A stretch of DNA of 64,000 bases from Gemmatimonadaceae bacterium (GTDB lineage: Bacteria; Gemmatimonadota; Gemmatimonadetes; Gemmatimonadales; Gemmatimonadaceae): the NCBI GenBank assembly GCA_033763905.1, contig JANRJP010000100.1, positions 1 through 64,000 on the forward strand, read 5' to 3'. The notes beneath the pieces are model-generated. The model ran no database searches, was not told where the DNA came from, and worked only from the letters and a program-made list of their open reading frames with translations. This document shows, piece by piece, positions 58,526 through 64,000 of the stretch; position 1 is the first letter of the stretch, and every line of letters starts with the position of its first letter. The position numbers and the translations under genes are program-made.

Positions 58526-59701
58526 GTGCACCTCGGGCATCTTTCGCGCAGCGCCATCGGCACGGTCATTGGACAAGGCCTGTCGGTCCTCGGCGTGCTG
58601 GGCTCGGCGCGGCTGCTGGGGGACGCGGCCTTTGCCGAGCTCGGCTTCGGGCTGGTCACGTCGGTGATGGCGGCGGGGGTCGCGTCGTACGGGCCCGCGC
58701 TGCGGGCGGCGCGGGCCGCCGCCGCCGGGGCCACAGCGGCCTGGCGCGCCGAACTGTGGCGCATTGCCATTGCGGCTGCTGCGCTGGGGGCGGTGGCGTC
58801 GGTGAGCGGCCGGCTCGGCTGGCTGCCGTTTCTGCACGATCCCACGCACGGGGCCGCGTTCGGTGCGTTGACGGTCGGGACGGCGCTGCAACTCACGGCC
58901 AGCCACGTGCTGCTCGGCGCCGAGTCATTTACGGGGTTGGCGCGCATCCGCGTGCTGGGCGGCGTTGCGGCGGCCCTCGGCCTGTTGGCGGGAAGCGCGC
59001 TCGATGGGTCGCGCGGCGCGATGTTGGGTGCCGCCCTCGGACAAGTGCTCACCGCCGGTCTGATGCTCCAGCACGCCGTGAAGCACGCGCCGACGACCGC
59101 TGCCGCGCCCGACACGAATGGCGGTCGCGACGCGTGGGCATTTGCGGCCGCCCTGTTGGCCGCGCCCGCGCTGTGGGTGCCGCAGTTGTTGCTCGCCGCC
59201 GGTCCGGACGGTGCCGCGCAGTCCGCTCGCGTCACCGTGCTCGCGCCGCTGCTGCAGGGCGTGCTGTTCCTACCCGGCCAACTCGGGCAGATGCTCCTCG
59301 CGCCGATGGCCCGGGCCCGGGACGACGGCGCGATCGTGCGGACGGCGACGCGCGCCGCGGCGATGGCGGCGGCGCTGCCGGCGCTGCTGTTAGCGCTCAG
59401 CGCGCCGTGGTGGAGTCGCCTGCTGGGCTCGGCGTTTACCGGGGTGGAACGCGTCGCCGTCCCGCTCTTGCTGGCCGCCGGCGTGCAGGGGACGAGCGTC
59501 GCGGCGGTCCGGAGTCTCGAAATGCGCGGCGCGACTCGTGTGCTCGCAGGGCTCAACGCCATCGCGGCGGCGGTGGCGATTGCCGGCACGCTCCAGTTCC
59601 GCGCGGCGGGCGCGCGCGGCTACGCCTGGAGCGTGTGCGCGGCGTTCGTCGTGCACGCGCTGTTGCTCTGGGCGGTCCGACGCCGCGGAGAGTCGCGGTG
59701 A
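58526..59701 (+). CDS. Polytopic membrane protein, possible Wzx/MOP-type flippase
   Basis: About 11-12 hydrophobic segments; N-terminal ARLLGDAAFAELG resembles the Wzx aR.LG...fG pattern; fills the dprA-hemW gap. Confidence 0.55.
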   Translation: MHLGHLSRSAIGTVIGQGLSVLGVLGSARLLGDAAFAELGFGLVTSVMAAGVASYGPALRAARAAAAGATAAWRAELWRIAIAAAALGAVASVSGRLGWLPFLHDPTHGAAFGALTVGTALQLTASHVLLGAESFTGLARIRVLGGVAAALGLLAGSALDGSRGAMLGAALGQVLTAGLMLQHAVKHAPTTAAAPDTNGGRDAWAFAAALLAAPALWVPQLLLAAGPDGAAQSARVTVLAPLLQGVLFLPGQLGQMLLAPMARARDDGAIVRTATRAAAMAAALPALLLALSAPWWSRLLGSAFTGVERVAVPLLLAAGVQGTSVAAVRSLEMRGATRVLAGLNAIAAAVAIAGTLQFRAAGARGYAWSVCAAFVVHALLLWAVRRRGESR

Positions 59702-60843
59702 TCGACGCCGAGGCATCGACCGCGCGCGCCACTGTGCCGCGGCACGTGTACGTGCACGTGCCGTTCTGCGGTCGGCGCTGCAGCTACTGTGATTTCGCGA
59801 TCGCCGTCCGTCGCGAGGTGCCCGTTGCGGAGTTCGTGCGCGGCATCACGGCGGAACTCGGGACTCGGCTCGGCGCGCCCGCCGCAGCGCCCGTGGACAC
59901 ACTCTACTTCGGCGGCGGGACGCCGTCGAAACTCGGGCCAGACGGCGTGCGTCGCCTGCTCGACGCGGTCCGCGCGTTCGTCGAACCGGTCGCGCAGGCG
60001 GAAGTCACGCTCGAGGCCAACCCCGAGGATGTGACGCCGGACGCCGTGCGTGCGTGGCGCGCGGCGGGCATCACCCGCGTGTCCCTCGGCGTGCAGACCT
60101 TCGAGCCTGCGGTGCTCGCGTGGATGCACCGGACCCATTCCGCGGAACAGTCCGAACGCGCGGTGGCGCTGCTGCGGGAGGGGGGCATCGACGAGCTGTC
60201 GATCGATCTGATCTTTGCCGTGCCGCCGGAACTCAGTCGGGACTGGGCGCGGGATGTCGCGCGCGGGCTCGCCCTCGAGCCGACGCACGTGTCGGTGTAC
60301 GGGTTGACGGTTGAACCGCAGACGCCGCTGGCCCGATGGACGGCACGGGGGGCCACCGGCGCCGCGTCCGAGGACGCCTACGAGCAGGAGTTTCTCGCGA
60401 CGCACGCGGCCTGCGTGGCGGCGGGCTTCGAGCACTACGAAGTCTCCAACTACGCGCGGCCCGGCCGTCGGGCGCGGCACAATTCGGCCTACTGGTCCGG
60501 CGTGCCGTACTTGGGCATCGGGCCGTCGGCGCACGGCTTCGACGGCGCGGTGCGTCGATCGAATCGCTCGGCCTATGCCGCGTGGCTGGCGGCGTTGCCG
60601 GCCGACCCGGTGGACGCGCTCGATCCGCTCGACGCGGCGTCGCGGCGGATGGAGGCGGTGTACCTGGGACTCCGCACCACCGATGGGCTGCTGCTCGAGA
60701 GCGAAGCCGAGGTGGCGGCCACCCGATCTTGGGTCGACGCAGGTTGGGCGACGGTCGAGGGGCGCCGCGTCCGCCTCACGCCGACCGGCTGGCTCCGGAT
60801 GGATGCGCTCGCCACGGCATTGACCACACTCCGCGGCGTCTGA
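59698..60843 (+). CDS. hemW: Radical SAM heme chaperone HemW
   Basis: YVHVPFCGRRCSYCDF, YFGGGTPS, EANP, YEVSNYA, HNSAYW; upstream of hrcA. Confidence 0.93.
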   Translation: MIDAEASTARATVPRHVYVHVPFCGRRCSYCDFAIAVRREVPVAEFVRGITAELGTRLGAPAAAPVDTLYFGGGTPSKLGPDGVRRLLDAVRAFVEPVAQAEVTLEANPEDVTPDAVRAWRAAGITRVSLGVQTFEPAVLAWMHRTHSAEQSERAVALLREGGIDELSIDLIFAVPPELSRDWARDVARGLALEPTHVSVYGLTVEPQTPLARWTARGATGAASEDAYEQEFLATHAACVAAGFEHYEVSNYARPGRRARHNSAYWSGVPYLGIGPSAHGFDGAVRRSNRSAYAAWLAALPADPVDALDPLDAASRRMEAVYLGLRTTDGLLLESEAEVAATRSWVDAGWATVEGRRVRLTPTGWLRMDALATALTTLRGV

Positions 60844-60855
60844 CACTTTTCGCCA

Positions 60856-61899
60856 ATGGCGACGCCGGAGCTCAACGAGCGCGAACGACGCGTGCTCGAG
60901 GCCGTGATTCAGACGTACATCGAAACTGCGGAGCCCGCAGGGTCGCGAACCATCTCGCGCCGCTTCGGCCTCGGCGTGTCGCCCGCGACGATCCGAAACA
61001 CGATGAGCGATCTGGAAGAGAAGGGATTCCTCTTTCAGGCGCACACCTCCGGTGGACGCATTCCCACCGAGCGCGCGTATCGGGCCTACGTCGATGCGCT
61101 TACCGATGTCGCGCCGTCGGCGCGCGAAGCCGCCGCGCTGCACGACACCATCACCGCCGGTGACCACGGCACGGTGGAAGCCATCCTGCGGCGCGCGGCG
61201 CAGACGTTGGGGGTGCTGACGCAGGAACTGGGGGTGGCGCTTGGTCCCCGCTTCGATGGGGCGGTGCTGACGCGGATCGAACTGGTCAAGCTCTCGACCG
61301 ACCGCTTGCTGATGGCACTCACGCTCGCGGCGGGCGCGGTGCGGACGATCTTCGTGGAAGTCGACGGGCCGCTCGCCGATCGTGCGGTGCAGGCGGTCGA
61401 GCGTGTGCTCAACGAGCGGCTGAGCGGGCTCGCGCTGCGCGACATTCGCGCGACGTTGGGCGCTCGGCTGCGTGATGCGCTGCCATCCGGCGAGCACGAC
61501 AAGCTGCTCAACATCTTCATCGAAGAGGGGGATCAGCTCTTCGATCGTGCCGTGCGCGCGGATGAAGCCGAAGTCGTGCTGGGTCAGGCGAGCGTGCTGG
61601 CCGACCATCCCGAGTTTGCCAGCGGCGACGGCCTCAAGCGCGTCCTCGCGCTGACGGAGACGCGCCAGCACCTCGCCGACGAATTGCGCGGCCGGACGGC
61701 CGGCCCCGGGTTGACCATCACCATCGGCGCCGAGCACGGCGAGCCGGTGCTCCAACCGTTCACTGTGGTGACCTCGACCTACACCGCAGGCCCGGTGTCC
61801 GGGGTGATCGGCGTCATCGGCCCGACCCGGATGCCCTACGACAAGGTCATCGCACTGGTCCGGCACACGTCACAGTTGGTCAGCGAACTGATCCAGTAG
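60856..61899 (+). CDS. hrcA: Heat-inducible transcription repressor HrcA
   Basis: EPAGSRTI, SPATIRNTMSDLEE.G, HTSGGRIPT..YR.YVD, IGVIGPTRMPY. Confidence 0.97.
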   Translation: MATPELNERERRVLEAVIQTYIETAEPAGSRTISRRFGLGVSPATIRNTMSDLEEKGFLFQAHTSGGRIPTERAYRAYVDALTDVAPSAREAAALHDTITAGDHGTVEAILRRAAQTLGVLTQELGVALGPRFDGAVLTRIELVKLSTDRLLMALTLAAGAVRTIFVEVDGPLADRAVQAVERVLNERLSGLALRDIRATLGARLRDALPSGEHDKLLNIFIEEGDQLFDRAVRADEAEVVLGQASVLADHPEFASGDGLKRVLALTETRQHLADELRGRTAGPGLTITIGAEHGEPVLQPFTVVTSTYTAGPVSGVIGVIGPTRMPYDKVIALVRHTSQLVSELIQ

Positions 61900-61944
61900 C
61901 GGGCCGCCCGGGGCGGTTGACCGTCCCTGTAGATTTCCGGGTCT

Positions 61945-63090
61945 ATGGCCGACTACTACGCCCTGCTCGAGGTCCCGCGCAACGCGTCCGACGACGAGAT
62001 CAAGAAGTCGTACCGGAAGCTGGCGATGCAGTGGCATCCGGACCGCAACGGCGGATCGAAGGAAGCCGAGGAGCGCTTCAAGCTCATCACCGAGGCGTAC
62101 GACATCCTGCGCGATCCCGAAAAGCGCCAGATGTACGACCGCTATGGCGACGCCGCATTCACCCGTGGCGGGGGCGGTGGCGGTCAGCAGTGGCAGCACG
62201 TCGACCTCTCCGAAGCGCTCAACATCTTCATGCGCGACTTCGGCGGATTCGGCGGTCTGGGCGATATGTTCGGCCAGCGCGGCGGTCCTGGGCCGCGGTC
62301 CGGAGGCGACCTCAAGATCGCCGTGCCGCTGACCCTCGCCGAGGTCGCCACCGGCGTCGAGAAGCAAGTCACCCTCAAGGTGCTCGATCCCTGCGGGGCC
62401 TGTACCGGCAGCGGCGCCGAGCCCGGTTCGCAGCCGACGCGCTGTGCCACCTGCGGCGGGGCGGGCGAGGTCCGTCGCGCACAGCGCAGCTTCCTCGGCC
62501 AGTTCGTGTCGGTGGCGCCGTGTCCGAGCTGCGCCGGCGAAGGCGTCGTGATTCCCACGCCCTGCAAGAAGTGCAAGGGCGAAGGGCGGGTCCGGGCGGA
62601 GAAGACGCTCAATGTCCGCATCCCCGCCGGCGTCGCGACGGGGCAGTATATGACGATTCGCGGGCAGGGGAACGCGGGCGCTCGCGGGGGCGGACGCGGC
62701 GATGTGCTCGTCGTCTTCGAGGTCGAAGAAGACGAGCGCTTCGAGCGTGACGGGGAAGACCTCTACACCGAAGTCGCGGTGACCTACCCGCAGTTGGTGC
62801 TCGGCGCGGAACTCGACGTGCCCGCGATCCTCGGCGCACTGACCCTGCGGGTGCCGGCGGGGACGCAGAGCGGTCAGGTGTTCAACCTGCGCGGCCGCGG
62901 GCTGCCGCGCGTGAATGCGAGCGGCGTCGGTGACCTGCACGTGCGGGTGCAGCTGGTCACGCCATCGAGTGGCGAACTGTCGGCCGAAGAGCGCGAGTTG
63001 ATCGAGCGGCTCGCCGCGGTACGGCCGGCCTCCGGGACGGTCCGCGAGAAGGGCATCTGGACCCGAATGAAGGAAGCGCTGGGCGGGTGA
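61945..63090 (+). CDS. dnaJ: Chaperone DnaJ
   Basis: J domain with HPD, G/F region, four CxxCxGxG zinc-finger repeats, C-terminal domains. Confidence 0.98.
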   Translation: MADYYALLEVPRNASDDEIKKSYRKLAMQWHPDRNGGSKEAEERFKLITEAYDILRDPEKRQMYDRYGDAAFTRGGGGGGQQWQHVDLSEALNIFMRDFGGFGGLGDMFGQRGGPGPRSGGDLKIAVPLTLAEVATGVEKQVTLKVLDPCGACTGSGAEPGSQPTRCATCGGAGEVRRAQRSFLGQFVSVAPCPSCAGEGVVIPTPCKKCKGEGRVRAEKTLNVRIPAGVATGQYMTIRGQGNAGARGGGRGDVLVVFEVEEDERFERDGEDLYTEVAVTYPQLVLGAELDVPAILGALTLRVPAGTQSGQVFNLRGRGLPRVNASGVGDLHVRVQLVTPSSGELSAEERELIERLAAVRPASGTVREKGIWTRMKEALGG

Positions 63091-63920
63091 GCCAGCATCC
63101 GTGGATCAGCGTGCGGGTCGTGCCGTCGGGGAGCGCCGCGGTCGCCAGCGCCGCGATGTTCGACGCCGGTTCGCAGGGCGTGCTCGAGGATGGGGCAGCG
63201 CTCGTCAGCCACTTTCCGACGCGGGCCGATGCCGACGCCGCGGCGGCCGCCGTGCGTCGCGTCGATCCGGGGGCGGAGATCACGTTTGGGGAAGTGCCGC
63301 CGATCGACTGGACGGAAGCGTGGAAGGATCACGTCCGGGCCTTCGAGTGCGGCGTCCTGACGGTGGCCCCGCCCTGGCTGATGGAGGGCCGAGATCCGGC
63401 ACGCACGATCATCATCACGCCAGGGATGGCGTTCGGGACCGGCGATCATCCGACGACCCGTGGCGTGCTCCGTTTGCTGCCCGCCGTGATTCGCGCCGGC
63501 GACGTGGTCGCCGATCTTGGCGCGGGGAGCGCGGTGTTGGCGATCGGGGCGGTGAAGCTCGGGGCCGCGCGGGTGGCCGCGATCGAGATGGATCCCGAAG
63601 CGATCGCCGACGCCGAAGAGAACGCCCGCGTCAACGGCGTTGCCCACGCGGTCACGGTGATTCAGGCCGATGCCAATCTCGCGCTCCCCTTGGTGGCGCC
63701 GGTGCGCGTCATCATCGCGAACATCATTTCGAGCGTGTTGGTCGAACTGCTCCCCGCGATGCGCGACGCACTGCCAGCGGATGGCGTGGCGGTCCTGTCG
63801 GGCATCTTGTACGAAGAGCGCGAATCGCTGCTGCAGGTGCTGGCGGCGGAGGGGTGGCAGGTGACGGCGGAGGACGTGGAACGTCCGTGGTGGAGCTGCC
63901 GCATCGAGCGCGCGTCGTGA
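63087..63920 (+). CDS. prmA: Ribosomal protein L11 methyltransferase
   Basis: DWTEAWK, PGMAFGTGDHPTT, DLGAGSAVL, ANI, LSGIL; follows dnaJ. Confidence 0.94.
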   Translation: MSQHPWISVRVVPSGSAAVASAAMFDAGSQGVLEDGAALVSHFPTRADADAAAAAVRRVDPGAEITFGEVPPIDWTEAWKDHVRAFECGVLTVAPPWLMEGRDPARTIIITPGMAFGTGDHPTTRGVLRLLPAVIRAGDVVADLGAGSAVLAIGAVKLGAARVAAIEMDPEAIADAEENARVNGVAHAVTVIQADANLALPLVAPVRVIIANIISSVLVELLPAMRDALPADGVAVLSGILYEERESLLQVLAAEGWQVTAEDVERPWWSCRIERAS

Positions 63921-64000
63921 GCGACACACTCGGAGGCGTCGCGAGTTTCGTCGTCAGCGAAGGACTGGTCGCCAACGCGACGCTCTCGCTCGGTGACGAC
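63917..64000 (+). CDS. N-terminal fragment of the next gene, probably 16S rRNA m3U1498 methyltransferase RsmE
   Basis: GTGA overlap with the prmA stop; frame open to the window end (MSDTLGGVASFVVSEGLVANATLSLGDD). Identity inferred only from common dnaJ-prmA-rsmE synteny. Confidence 0.5.
   Translation, partial: MSDTLGGVASFVVSEGLVANATLSLGDD

Overview
High-GC bacterial chromosome segment with tightly packed, often overlapping genes. Gene content and order suggest Gemmatimonadota, but this is an inference and was not verified. It is mostly core genome. From start to end: cpoB-tatC-lptD; a hutH-hutU-(radical SAM)-hutI cluster; two large TPR proteins with acidic Pro-rich linkers flanking polyprenyl synthase-DUF4321-tatA and a PpiD-like PPIase; aroQ-peptidase-accB-pilT-accC-comB-ftsK; yraN-recA-recX; alaS-gmhA-SDR-LEA-hflX-asparaginase-manA-cca-rarA; a convergent surface-glycan locus (GT4, GT9, phosphoglycosyl transferase / GT2, GT4, Wzy-like, Wzz-like, Wzi-like, hldA, methyltransferases) interrupted by tRNA-Val(CAC) and a CAT-anticodon tRNA; then DMT-asparaginase II-CMD-obgE-dprA-Wzx-like-hemW-hrcA-dnaJ-prmA-(rsmE). 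I saw no transposase, integrase, phage gene or CRISPR array. The most notable signals are: (1) a possible Myxococcus/Geobacter-like pilus-polarity module (SgmX-like TPR protein, a second TPR protein, and pilT wedged between accB and accC); (2) an uncharacterised radical SAM enzyme inside the hut operon; (3) a recA upstream region with tandem TTCG-N7-TTCG repeats and three DnaA-box matches; (4) recurrent -10 hexamers 5-9 nt before start codons (leaderless mRNAs), including one bidirectional pair; (5) a MITE/REP-like inverted-repeat element plus a 5 x 17-bp tandem repeat before alaS; (6) a glycan operon that seems to depend on read-through of a tRNA terminator. All calls come from reading motifs by eye; no database search was run.
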